Positions 38,820 to 48,861 of a DNA stretch of 64,000 nt are shown piece after piece. The translations under genes were made by a program, and so were the position numbers. Every line of letters starts with the position of its first letter. The stretch's first letter is position 1. Source of the stretch: an uncultured Bacteroidota bacterium (GTDB taxonomy: Bacteria > Bacteroidota > Ignavibacteria > UBA10030 > UBA6906); contig CAVOYH010000004.1 in assembly GCA_963700635.1 (NCBI GenBank), positions 416,001 to 480,000 on the forward strand, in the 5' to 3' direction. The notes under the pieces are model-generated. The model was not told the origin of the DNA. It searched no databases and saw nothing but the letters and a program-made list of their open reading frames with translations.

Positions 38820-40719
38820 ATGACACCCAACGCGCTCACTGCACTTCTTGAGAATATCCGGCACGCCAGAATCGGGATACTCGGCGATTTTTTTCTGGAC
38901 GTGTACCTTCTCCTTGATCCGGCAGCATCCGAAGTATCCGTTGAGACCGGCCTTGCCACGCGGGCAGTTCGGAGTCAGCGGTACTTCCTCGGCGGGGCAG
39001 GAAATGTCGCCAGCAACCTGCTGGCCATGGGAGCGGGGCAGCTGTCTGTCTTCGGCGTCATCGGCCGCGACCCCTTCGGCGCAGAAATGCAGAGTATGAT
39101 GTCGGAGCAGGGTGTCAAGACGGACGGTCTCCTTGTCCAGCGGGAGACCTGGGACACCCACGTGTACACAAAGCCACACGAACGGGAGCATGAGCAGCAC
39201 CGGATTGACTTTGGTAACTTTAACCAGTTGCAGGCCTCGACCGGTCGCCAGCTTCTCGAGCTTCTCGAAAACGCTCTGCCTACGCTTGACCTCGTCGTTA
39301 TCAATCAGCAGGCTATCCGTGGACTTCACTCCGCCGAATTTCGCCAGGGATTGACCGAGCTTATACAGCGGCATCCGGAATTCCGGTTTATCGTGGACTC
39401 GCGCCATTACTCCGATGTGTACGCCGGAGCGATGCGCAAGGTGAATGTTCTCGAAGCGTCCCGGTTGTCCCGGGTGCAGGCGGCAAGGGGCGACTCCCCG
39501 GATGGATCCTCCATTGAGACACTTGCGCGGGAGCTGTTTGAGCGCTGGGGAAAACCGCTTTTCCTGACGCGGGGCGAACACGGGTGCAGCGTCTGTGACG
39601 ATTCAGGATATAGAGAGATACCGGGTCTGCTTATACTGTCGCCAGTGGATCCCGTGGGTGCCGGAGACAGCATGCTCGCCGGGATCGCTGCAGCCCTGGC
39701 GACGGGGGCAGAACCGTACACAGCAGCCGAACTCGGCGACACTCGTGGCAGGCGTGACGGTCCAGAAGTTGATGCAGACGGGCACCGCATCGCCCGAGGA
39801 AATCCTCAAGTTAGGCACCGATCCTGATTTCCGTTACAAACCCGATCTGGCCCGGCAGCCTCGCAAGGCAACGTACCGGCCCGGTACCAACATCGAGATT
39901 GTCTCGATTCTTCCGGAACGCCGTCGGTTTACGCATGTCATCTTCGATCACGATGGGACACTGTCGACGTTGCGGCAGGGGTGGGAAGATATCATGGAAC
40001 CCATGATGACCCGGGCTATTCTTGGAGACAAGGCACACGACGTGGATGAGACACTCTACAACGAAGTTCGAAGTGCCGTCAGAGATTTTATTGATAAAAC
40101 AACGGGTATCCAGACTCTGGTCCAGATGCGGGGGCTCATCAATCTTGTGCGGCGCTTCAGGTGTGTTCCGGAAGGTTCCATTCTGGACGAGGCAGGGTAC
40201 AAGAGCATCTACAACGAGGAGCTTCTCGGCATGGTCAATGGCCGGATTACGCAGCTAGCGAAGGGAGAGCTGGATGTCGAGGATTTCACTATCAAGAACG
40301 CCGGAGCGTTGCTTCGCGAGCTTTCTTTGCGGGATGTTGAACTGTATCTCGCCAGCGGCACGGACCACGATGATGTTGTACGTGAGACAGAGATGCTGGG
40401 ATATCGAAACCTGTTCGGCGGCAGGATCTATGGTGCAGTCGGGGATGTGACGAAAGAAGCAAAACGTATGGTGCTTGAACGGATCATGAACGATATCGGG
40501 GATGCAGCGCACGAACGCATTCTGACATTCGGGGACGGTCCGGTCGAGGTTCGTGAGACCCACAAACGCGGCGGGTATGCGGTTGGTGTGGCGAGTAATG
40601 AGATCCGGCGTTACGGACAGGATCTACAGAAGCGGCGAAGACTCATCGAGGCTGGTGCCGATCTGATCATTCCGGATTTCTGTCAATTGGATTCGCTCGT
40701 CCAACTTCTGTTCCCGTGA
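38820..40719 (+). CDS. Fused PfkB/RfaE-like sugar kinase and HAD hydrolase, split by one extra base near 39738; about 632 aa if repaired
   Basis: GDFFLDVY, GGAGNVA.NL, TRGEHG, DPVGAGDS; after repair AAELGTLVAGVTVQKL..TGTA; HAD motifs FDHDGTLS, LASGT, K, FGDGPVE. Confidence 0.82.
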
Positions 40720-40745
40720 TTGACTCTCCCTCCTCGCATGCGCGT

Positions 40746-41495
40746 CTATTCTGCGGAGAGTTCGACGATCTGCACAGAGATATTGTCCGATCCACCCCGT
40801 GCGTTCGCCAGTGACACCAGTTCGAGCACCCCTTCGTCCGGCGGCGTCCGCACGACGACTTCATGGATTTCGCCTTCTTCCACATGATTGGTCAGACCAT
40901 CCGTGCAGAGGACAAATCGAATCCCCCGCATCAGCTCCAGCGGCCCCACGAGCTCCATGTCCACATGTGGGTGCAGGCCAAGGGCGCGTGTGAGAAGATT
41001 TCGCTCAGGATGGATCCGCGCCTGGTCACGTGTGATCACACCGCGGGAATACAGGTCCCATACCCGAGTGTGATCTGTCGTGATCTGGCGAATATGACTC
41101 TCTGTGACCAGAAAGGCCTTGCTGTCCCCGACGTGGGCAACCCACGCCGAAGATCCCTGTAGCACGAGAACGGTGCATGTTGTTCCCATCCCAGAGAATG
41201 CCGGGGAAGAGGACCCCTTCTGGTACACGCTGCTGTTTGCTTCATTCATGGCAGAGGAGAGGAGACCTGGCAGAGCGTCCGATTCGGCGCCGGAAAAGGT
41301 TGAGATGATGGTCGATACTGCCAGCTCGCTGGCATGGCGGCCAGCACGATGGCCACCCATACCGTCAGCCACAACGAAGAGGACACCTCTGGAGTCTTCG
41401 AGGGTTGTTGTCGCCTCCGGAGTCATTCCCAGAGTGTCCTGATTCTCGGATCGCACCAATCCTCTGTCGGAGTGCTGACCATAGCGGATCTTCAT
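40746..41495 (-). CDS. PP2C-family Ser/Thr protein phosphatase (Stp1/PrpC-like)
   Basis: SDRGLVRSENQD, VADGMGGH, GMGTT, HVGDS, RNLLTRALG, LCTDGL, GGSDNIS. Confidence 0.95.
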   Translation of the reverse strand: MKIRYGQHSDRGLVRSENQDTLGMTPEATTTLEDSRGVLFVVADGMGGHRAGRHASELAVSTIISTFSGAESDALPGLLSSAMNEANSSVYQKGSSSPAFSGMGTTCTVLVLQGSSAWVAHVGDSKAFLVTESHIRQITTDHTRVWDLYSRGVITRDQARIHPERNLLTRALGLHPHVDMELVGPLELMRGIRFVLCTDGLTNHVEEGEIHEVVVRTPPDEGVLELVSLANARGGSDNISVQIVELSAE

Positions 41496-41629
41496 AACAA
41501 CACCACGGAAATTCTTGCGGCACGGTGGGTGGATACCATGCGGATACGCTCCTTTGATCGTCGGTGACTCCGGGTGTCGGCCCGGCAGGGTGCGGCGCTC
41601 TTAGTCTTAGCGTGGCCCATCATGAATTG

Positions 41630-41658
41630 AATGTACCAAAGAAAGAACGGAGATTCAA
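41630..41658 (-). promoter_or_regulatory. Putative sigma70 promoter (extended -10) upstream of PP2C
   Basis: TTGAAT-17 nt-TACATT with TG extension. Confidence 0.5.
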
Positions 41659-41692
41659 AGTCCCCCCGAGTGGAGAAGGGCGGCATGCGTGA

Positions 41693-41731
41693 TGCCGGTG
41701 TGACCTGGAAGCAAACCCAGACACACCGGCA
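41693..41731 (-). terminator. Hairpin downstream of the OM protein gene
   Basis: TGCCGGTGTG...CACACCGGCA 10-bp arms. Confidence 0.45.
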
Positions 41732-41748
41732 ATACCAGGAAATGCAGA

Positions 41749-43394
41749 TTAGAAAGGTCTGCTGAAACGAAGAATAAATCGCGCAGGTTCACTCTTGTCC
41801 GTGCGCCAAACGACCGCAGCCCGTACGGACCCGCTGACGTTGGCGATGCCGACGCCCACATCGCTCCTCAGGTCGTTCCACCGGATACCCCCGAACCCGG
41901 ACAACGCGGAGACGTCTGGAGCAACGGTACGCACGACACCGGCATCGGCGAGGAGTATGAAGTTAATATGCCGGAGCAGCCAGCTGGGCCAGAACGAAAG
42001 ATCGTGTAACACATCTCCGTTAAGCAGATATTCGGCGTTCAGGAGGATCATCCTGTTCGCGCCTGTACTATCCCCCGGGAACGAGGAAAACCCGAAGGCG
42101 GGAATCGTCCCGGGCCACCCAGCTCATACGTCTTCTGACGGGGCAGCAGTCCGTGGGCGGTGCCTGCACGCAGACGCATGTTCAACCGATCATAGGATCC
42201 CAGGGGCTGATAACGTCGCACTTCAACCACATATTTTTCGAACTCAAATTCGCCGCCAAAAACACGCGGGTTGGAGAATTCCGTAAACGCGTAGGCGGTC
42301 CAGCCCCGAGGGATTTTTGATTCGCTGATTGCAGAGCTGACTCCCAGATTTGCGGTGATGCTGCGCATGCGACCGTCATCTATCTGAGGATTTGGCCGAA
42401 ACGTCCGGGCTCCGCCAAAAAGTGCCCAGGAGGTGTTGTCAGCAACGGAGGCATAACGATCGGCAAGGAACGAGAGTTTGGCTTCGGCGAAGACGTCAGT
42501 TGTTCGGTAGTACGCCGCAACATGAGCAGTGAATCCCTCGCGCTGAAAATAGTCCCGATAGTCAGCACGAAGGAAAAACGCAGCCGCACTGTTCTCGGCC
42601 TGTCCGATGATCCATGGATCCTTGGTGTCGGTGAGAGAGTATCCTTCGACCCCGGCTTCCAGAAGCCAGGCATCGGAATCTGAAGGGAGGGCAATTTGGC
42701 GGGCGATACCGATATTTCCACGCCAACGGTGTGAAACAAATCCATACCCCACAGACCCAAATGCATTAAACTCACGTTCCCCCGCCCAGTTGTATTTCTT
42801 CGGGGTGCCCAGGCCCACAAAGAGCCCTTCTACACGGTTATACCTGAGAAAGAACGGTGTGGTAGTCCATGTCTCGCTTGCCCAGGGTAACGGGCGGCGG
42901 ATTGGGTGGAATGTCAATCTGGACTCCTCAAAGGTGCCGGTCCTGGGGCTTCGGGATTGCTCAAGAGTTCCTATGATAGCAGCATCCTGATCGCGTAAAA
43001 GTGTGGTTTCCCTCAACCGGACATTACCGGTGATCCGCGACCCCGGACGCATGGAAATTGTCCCTCCTCGGGCGACGATGTCTCCATCCAGCATCCCCGA
43101 GATGCTCAGAACAGCGTGGTCCAGGAAAATTGACCCGCGCAAGGTGTCTCCGGTCTGAATGGTAGTGTCCGAGCGAATTATGCGCGTGTGCATCATGCCC
43201 GTTGAGTCAATTGCCGGCAGCCGATTTTCTGGCGAAAAGTCGTCAAAAATTGTCTTCATGAAACGGTCGAATCCGACCTCAAATCGGGTCCAGAAATCGT
43301 CCGGAAGTCCCTCGTTGTTTCTGCCTTGTGAAAAGCACATGGAGGACGAGAGAAGCAGCAGAAGTCCCCACACGAAAGGTCTGGAACTTTTCAT
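41749..43394 (-). CDS. Exported protein with N-terminal beta-helix (bactofilin-like) and C-terminal Omp85/BamA-like barrel, split by one missing base near 42110; about 548 aa if repaired
   Basis: Signal peptide; RYNRVEGLFVG, DYRDYF, ELGG(PGTIPAF), NRMILLNAEY, LADAG, SDVGVGI, C-terminal Phe (RFSRPF). Confidence 0.72.
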
Positions 43395-43506
43395 AGTATC
43401 TCCGCACATTGAGCAGCAGGGATGAATATACCACCGTCTACGTATCCGCGAAGCAGAGGTTTCAGTGGGTTCAGTGGTATATGCTACACCCGGACATGGA
43501 GGAAAT

Positions 43507-44229
43507 ATGGAGCAACGGTTCGGAAAAGCTGTGGTGGTCCTGTTACTGTCGGCGGTCGTCGGTGTGTGCCACTGCGGCGATCCACAGGTTTCCGGGACGC
43601 CGGATGTCTACAGTAGAAGAAGGGCAGAAATGGTGGATTCGCAGATCGCCGGAAGGGGCATTGCTGATACCGCCGTTCTGAGGGCAATGCGGACTGTCCC
43701 ACGACATCATTTTGTCCACCCCACGGACGCGGCCCTGGCCTATGAGGATCACCCCCTCTCCATCGGATACGGGCAGACGATTTCTCAACCGTACATCGTC
43801 GCTCTGATGACAGAGCTCGTCAGGCCAGCCGGTTTACACCGCGTCCTGGAGATTGGTACGGGCTCAGGCTATCAGGCAGCTGTCCTTGCAGAGCTCGTGG
43901 ATTCGGTGTTCAGCATTGAGATTGTTGAACCGCTGGCGACAACGGCTGCAGATCGACTCGCTCGATTGGGGTATAAGAACATCGTTGTGCGCCGGGGTGA
44001 CGGATACGCCGGCTGGGTAGAGAAAGCTCCGTTTGACGCGATCGTGGTTACTGCCGCGGCGCCCACAATCCCACAACCACTGGTAGACCAGCTTCGGGAA
44101 GGCGGACGGATGGTAATCCCGCGCGGGGAGGAGTCATCGGTGCAACAACTCCTCCTGCTGGAAAAACGAAACGGAACAGTAACAGAGCACGTTGTGTTGC
44201 CCGTGCGATTCGTCCCCCTTGTACACTAA
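43507..44229 (+). CDS. pcm: Protein-L-isoaspartate O-methyltransferase with N-terminal signal-like sequence
   Basis: VPRHHFV, AYED.PL.IGYGQTISQPY, VLEIGTGSGYQAA, APFDAIVVTAA, VRFVPL; GGAGG SD. Confidence 0.95.
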   Translation: MEQRFGKAVVVLLLSAVVGVCHCGDPQVSGTPDVYSRRRAEMVDSQIAGRGIADTAVLRAMRTVPRHHFVHPTDAALAYEDHPLSIGYGQTISQPYIVALMTELVRPAGLHRVLEIGTGSGYQAAVLAELVDSVFSIEIVEPLATTAADRLARLGYKNIVVRRGDGYAGWVEKAPFDAIVVTAAAPTIPQPLVDQLREGGRMVIPRGEESSVQQLLLLEKRNGTVTEHVVLPVRFVPLVH

Positions 44230-44308
44230 AGGGACGGTATCAGACCCGACAAATTGGTATATTAGACACACATTTCCTTGATTCGTTCCATGCACAAAGG
44301 AGTCCGGC

Positions 44309-45961
44309 ATGCGTGTTCATCGTAAGATCTTCTATCTGCTCTCTGTGTACTTCCTGCTGATCTGGTCAGAACCGGCCTCTTTGCTTCGGGCCTGCACGAA
44401 TATCCTCGTGACAAAAGGAGCCTCGAAGGACGGATCGACGATGATCACCTATGCCGCTGATTCTCATACGCTGTACGGTGAATTGTACTTCCGGCCCGCC
44501 GCGGATTATCCGGCCGGAACCATGATGGATATCATTGACTGGGATTCCGGAAAGTTTCTGGGCCGGATCCCTCAGGCACGGCACACGTTCTCCGTGGTCG
44601 GGAATATGAACGAACACCAGGTTTCCATCGGAGAAACGACGTTCGGAGGGCGGCCGGAGCTCGTGGACAGTACGGGGATCATCGATTACGGGAGTCTGAT
44701 GTATATCGCGCTGCAGCGTTCCCGCAGCGCCCGGGAGGCGATCCACGTGATGACATCCCTCGTTGCAGAATTTGGCTATAACAGCTCTGGCGAGTCGTTT
44801 TCGATAAGCGATCCTCAGGAAGTCTGGATTCTGGAGATGATCGGAAAAGGGCCGGGACAGAAGGGAGCCGTTTGGGTGGCTCGCCGTATTCCCGATGGGT
44901 ACATCGCCGGACACGCAAATCATGCACGAATCATGACGTTCCCGCGTGGAGATACTCTGAACTGCCTGTATGCGTCCGATGTGATCAGTGTCGCCCGCGC
45001 ACGGGGCTATTTTACAGGCAAGGATGACGAGTTCAGTTTCTCAGACGCGTATGCGCCCCTTGATTTTAGTGCAGCACGTTTTTGCGAAGCACGTGTGTGG
45101 GCGGTCTTCAACCGAGTTTCGAGCGGGATGGAGAAATATATCAGCTATGCCCGTGGGAGTGACCTGACGAACCGGATGCCGCTCTGGATCAAACCCGACA
45201 AGAAACTCTCCACCCGTGATGTGATGGAACTCATGCGTGACTACTACCAGGGGACGGAATTTGATATGAGCAAGGATGCAGGCGCCGGTGCCTTTGGATG
45301 TCCGTACCGCTGGCGCCCCCTTACCTGGAAGGTGGATTCTGTCACCTATCTGAACGAACGGGCAATCGCAACCCAACAAACCGGTTTTTCATTTGTTGCA
45401 CAGGCACGCTCGTGGCTTCCCGACCACATCGGCGGCATTCTCTGGTTCGGGGTAGATGACATTTATCATACGGTGTACACCCCGATGTACTGCAGCATGA
45501 CCCGGGTGCCCCATGCGTTTGCAGAGGGAAATGGCGCTATGATGGAGTTTTCGGACGACGCGGCATTCTGGGTGTTTAATCAGGTCTCCAATCTCTCGTA
45601 CACCCGTTTTGATACCATCAGCGTGGATATCAGAGTGAAACAGGCGGAAATTGAAGGCAAATATCTGGCGCTGACTCCTGCCATTGACAACGCAGCTTTG
45701 TCGTTGACAAAACAGAACAGGGAGCAGGCAATTCAGTTTCTGACAGAGTATTCCGTAGGTCAGGGTGAGTCTACCCTTCGTGAATGGAAACAACTCTACC
45801 GATCACTTTTTGTAACCTACATGGATGGAAACATCAAGACGAAGGTTCCAAATCAGTTGAATCCGAAGGTGAAACAGCCCGGATATGGACCGGCATGGTA
45901 CCGCAAAGTGTCCGAAGAGACGGGGAACAAACTCAAGGTGGTCAGTGGAGCGGGGCACTAG
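44309..45961 (+). CDS. Exported C69 family dipeptidase (Ntn hydrolase)
   Basis: Signal peptide then CTNILVTKGASKDGS (N-terminal Cys nucleophile), NMNEHQV.IGETT, GESFSI.D, RWRPL. Confidence 0.9.
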   Translation: MRVHRKIFYLLSVYFLLIWSEPASLLRACTNILVTKGASKDGSTMITYAADSHTLYGELYFRPAADYPAGTMMDIIDWDSGKFLGRIPQARHTFSVVGNMNEHQVSIGETTFGGRPELVDSTGIIDYGSLMYIALQRSRSAREAIHVMTSLVAEFGYNSSGESFSISDPQEVWILEMIGKGPGQKGAVWVARRIPDGYIAGHANHARIMTFPRGDTLNCLYASDVISVARARGYFTGKDDEFSFSDAYAPLDFSAARFCEARVWAVFNRVSSGMEKYISYARGSDLTNRMPLWIKPDKKLSTRDVMELMRDYYQGTEFDMSKDAGAGAFGCPYRWRPLTWKVDSVTYLNERAIATQQTGFSFVAQARSWLPDHIGGILWFGVDDIYHTVYTPMYCSMTRVPHAFAEGNGAMMEFSDDAAFWVFNQVSNLSYTRFDTISVDIRVKQAEIEGKYLALTPAIDNAALSLTKQNREQAIQFLTEYSVGQGESTLREWKQLYRSLFVTYMDGNIKTKVPNQLNPKVKQPGYGPAWYRKVSEETGNKLKVVSGAGH

Positions 45962-46169
45962 GGTCAGACGAAAAAGAAAGTGGCTGGCACTATAGGACGG
46001 GGCGTTAGCTCCCAACTGGTTACAAACCGGCTGGCACCATCAGGATAGAGGGTGCCAGCCAGTCGACAAAGACACACTTCAGTACATCAACTTCTTTCGG
46101 ACATCACACAACAACAGTGCCATTCCCCACACAAACAGCGCCGATGCGGCTCAGGTCAGGCGCGTTGTC

Positions 46170-47948
46170 TTATTTCATCAGGACCATCGTCCGCGTCTGC
46201 ATGAACCCGGCTGCCTGAAGGCGGTAGAGGTACACTCCGCTTGCACGTGTTGAGGCGTCAAACGTCAGCGTGTGTGGGCCCGCATCCTTCTGCCCGTCCA
46301 GCAACGTTACAACTTCCCGCCCCAGGAGATCGTACACGCTCAGCTTCACGGGCCCGCTCTGGCCCAGATGGAACGCGATCGTTGTGGACGGATTAAACGG
46401 ATTCGGATAATTTTGATTGAGAGCGTATGTTCCCGGCACCACCTCAGCATCCGGGACATCAAGCGCGAGGTCGACCGCATCAAAGTATACATCCTGAGGT
46501 CCATACCCGACATACGCGACATTTCCCCTGTACGAAGTCCCGCCCAGATCACGGTCATGACCGACTACCGGAATAACGGTTCCTGTAGGCCTGAATTGGC
46601 TCACGGCCCGGGGCGTCGCGGAATACAACCCGGAAAGTTTGTCCATTACAGCTTTATAGTAAATAACGTCGGAGCCCTCGCTGGACCGGTATGCAGTTCG
46701 CCAGTAGTATCCGGCTGCCCATGGAGCATAGGCTACGGAGGTCAATTCTTCGTTGTCCGTTGACGTTGCGATACTGTCACGCGTGAAGGTCCTGAAAAGG
46801 TCCGTGGAGTACAGGTACATTGCATCGTTATATGTTGGCGCGCCGGTGGCCCGCGTGTAGGTGATCATCGCATTACCCCTGACCGGATCAATAGCCAGCG
46901 ATGGGTCAAAGTCGTCCTTCGGGGTACTGGGGTACGAAATGGTCCATGAAGCTGGGAATGTAAAAGAGTTGCGTGCAACCCTGATCGATCTGGATGGAGC
47001 GGCAAAGCGTGTGAACGCGACAACCAGGCTGTCGGGAGATGTGCTCCAGTCGATTGCGATTGTGGGAGTAGCCTCCTGAAATCCTCTTACCGTGGTATCG
47101 GGCGTTAGCCAGTTTTTCCCCCAGTTGGTCGTCCGTGTGATCAATAACCCCCGTGACAGATCGGTCGACGGGGTAATGTACTCTGTGGCAATGTAGTGAT
47201 ATGTCATCGACGGCGTGAACAGTGTTCCATCGGTGCAGATGCTGGGATTGCGGTAGTTGGTCGACGCATCTGCGGCGTCAATAAGGGTGTATCTCCAATT
47301 TGACCCATTGCTCAACATGCTTCCCCAGTAGAGATGTCCGCCACCGTTACTACTGAGATCACTCTTGGTTATAAAGACAAAACCCAGCAGCCATGTTCCT
47401 GCAGATGAGTCAGTCACGCACATATCGAATGATTGGATGGCTCGCCCCGCAGACATGAATCCGCCGACGTAACTCCAGGTGCGCCCGCCGGTCGTGGAGC
47501 GATAGGCCCTGAGGATCGAGAGCGTGTCCTGATATCGTGAATTGATGGCAAGAAATATTCCTCCAAGCGTGTCAACATCAAGTGCGAGCTGGCGTCTGCC
47601 GTGGGAGTACATCGGACCCGTGTAGACTTTGACATCATCTCCCCAGAGAGGCCCGGCAGCTGCATCAAATGTGTCATCCCGGTTGTCCTGGTACACCGGT
47701 GGCGCCGCGTCCGGGGGGAGTGATGGCAGGGTCTGGCAGATATCCCGCTCCAGTTCACGAACCCGGGTGATGTCTCCGGCTTTACGCGCCAGCGACAACT
47801 CCTTTGTCAGCCGGTGCAGGTTGTCAGATGCAGGTACTGCTGATGTAGCTTGATCACTGCGCAGTTCCTCATGAGTCTGCGGTGCGGCATATGCTCCGCA
47901 TAGCGCCACGCAAACCAGAAACACGACGACCAAGCGTAACCGTGTCAT
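46170..47948 (-). CDS. T9SS type A sorting domain-containing secreted protein with BNR/Asp-box-like repeats
   Basis: Signal peptide; STTGGRTW, TTNWGKNW, STDLFRTF; C-terminal LNQNYPNPFNPSTTI...SGVYLYRL...MVLMK. Confidence 0.85.
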   Translation of the reverse strand: MTRLRLVVVFLVCVALCGAYAAPQTHEELRSDQATSAVPASDNLHRLTKELSLARKAGDITRVRELERDICQTLPSLPPDAAPPVYQDNRDDTFDAAAGPLWGDDVKVYTGPMYSHGRRQLALDVDTLGGIFLAINSRYQDTLSILRAYRSTTGGRTWSYVGGFMSAGRAIQSFDMCVTDSSAGTWLLGFVFITKSDLSSNGGGHLYWGSMLSNGSNWRYTLIDAADASTNYRNPSICTDGTLFTPSMTYHYIATEYITPSTDLSRGLLITRTTNWGKNWLTPDTTVRGFQEATPTIAIDWSTSPDSLVVAFTRFAAPSRSIRVARNSFTFPASWTISYPSTPKDDFDPSLAIDPVRGNAMITYTRATGAPTYNDAMYLYSTDLFRTFTRDSIATSTDNEELTSVAYAPWAAGYYWRTAYRSSEGSDVIYYKAVMDKLSGLYSATPRAVSQFRPTGTVIPVVGHDRDLGGTSYRGNVAYVGYGPQDVYFDAVDLALDVPDAEVVPGTYALNQNYPNPFNPSTTIAFHLGQSGPVKLSVYDLLGREVVTLLDGQKDAGPHTLTFDASTRASGVYLYRLQAAGFMQTRTMVLMK

Positions 47949-48043
47949 AGGGGAATCCTCCGAATGGTGTGGTAAAAGCGTGGAGAAGGAGTCGTTCGAA
48001 ATGCTTCTCATGTATATAGTACGCAAGCGAACGCAAGTGAAAC

Positions 48044-48063
48044 AATACCGCATTCGCGGTATT
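48044..48063. promoter_or_regulatory. 8-4-8 inverted repeat, candidate response-regulator binding site
   Basis: AATACCGC-ATTC-GCGGTATT lies just upstream of a weak -35 and a TACTAT -10 (48021-48016) for the T9SS gene. Confidence 0.5.
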
Positions 48064-48108
48064 TCGTGCTGTGTGAGCCAGTGGGAGCGTACGACGGAAG
48101 AATAAATC

Positions 48109-48771
48109 TTAGAGCAGGTGTTCGTTCAGGGCCTTTGCGACGGCGCCCGTACGGGTGTGTACGTGCAGTTTGGCATAGATGTTCTTGATATGCGTGTCGA
48201 TCGTGTGATAACTGAGGATCAATTCGCCTGCAATTTGCTTCTTTGTCAGCCCATCTACCATAAGTTTCAGAATATCATGCTCCCGATGGGTAAGCGGACT
48301 GGGTGTACGGGGTCCCGCCAGCTGCGTAAACATCGTCAGCACTTTGCGCGCAATCTGGCCATTAATGGGCGCGCTGCCCTTAAACACTTCCAGCATCGCG
48401 CTGATGATCTCCTCAGGCGGAGAACTCTTCAGAAGATATCCGGAGGCCCCTGCGCAAAGCGCGTCAAAAACCTTCTCATCGTCCTCGTGAATTGTCAGAA
48501 TTATTACGCGGGTGGCGGGAGAGATCTCACGGACCTTCATGGTCCCATCAATGCCGTTCATGCCGGGAAGGCCGATATCCATGAGGATCACATCCGGTGC
48601 GGCTTCCGTATCCAGTGCCCGCAAGGCATCCTCACACCGCGAATATGTATGCTCACAACGGATGCCCTCCACATCATGCAAAAGGCCTGTGATGGTCTTC
48701 CGATAAAGGCTGTCGTCCTCTACAACCCAGAGTTCCTTTTCCTCTACAGGCGGAGTTGTTCTTCTCGGCAT
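48109..48771 (-). CDS. NarL/LuxR family response regulator
   Basis: VVEDD, DVILMDIGLPGMNG, GASGYLLK, LTHREHDIL, TIDTHIKNIYAKL. Confidence 0.95.
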   Translation of the reverse strand: MPRRTTPPVEEKELWVVEDDSLYRKTITGLLHDVEGIRCEHTYSRCEDALRALDTEAAPDVILMDIGLPGMNGIDGTMKVREISPATRVIILTIHEDDEKVFDALCAGASGYLLKSSPPEEIISAMLEVFKGSAPINGQIARKVLTMFTQLAGPRTPSPLTHREHDILKLMVDGLTKKQIAGELILSYHTIDTHIKNIYAKLHVHTRTGAVAKALNEHLL

Positions 48772-48861
48772 TGTGTGCTTGCCCCAGATTGACGATTCTA
48801 TTGCGGGAAGGGCAGTTCTATTCCAATGTATACAGATCATCCTCCCGAAACGATACCGTAT

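Noticed and set aside
35680-39745. Programmed ribosomal frameshifting in gatD or PfkB-HAD
   Set aside because: No slippery heptamer or obvious stimulatory structure at either site, and similar indels occur in unrelated genes.
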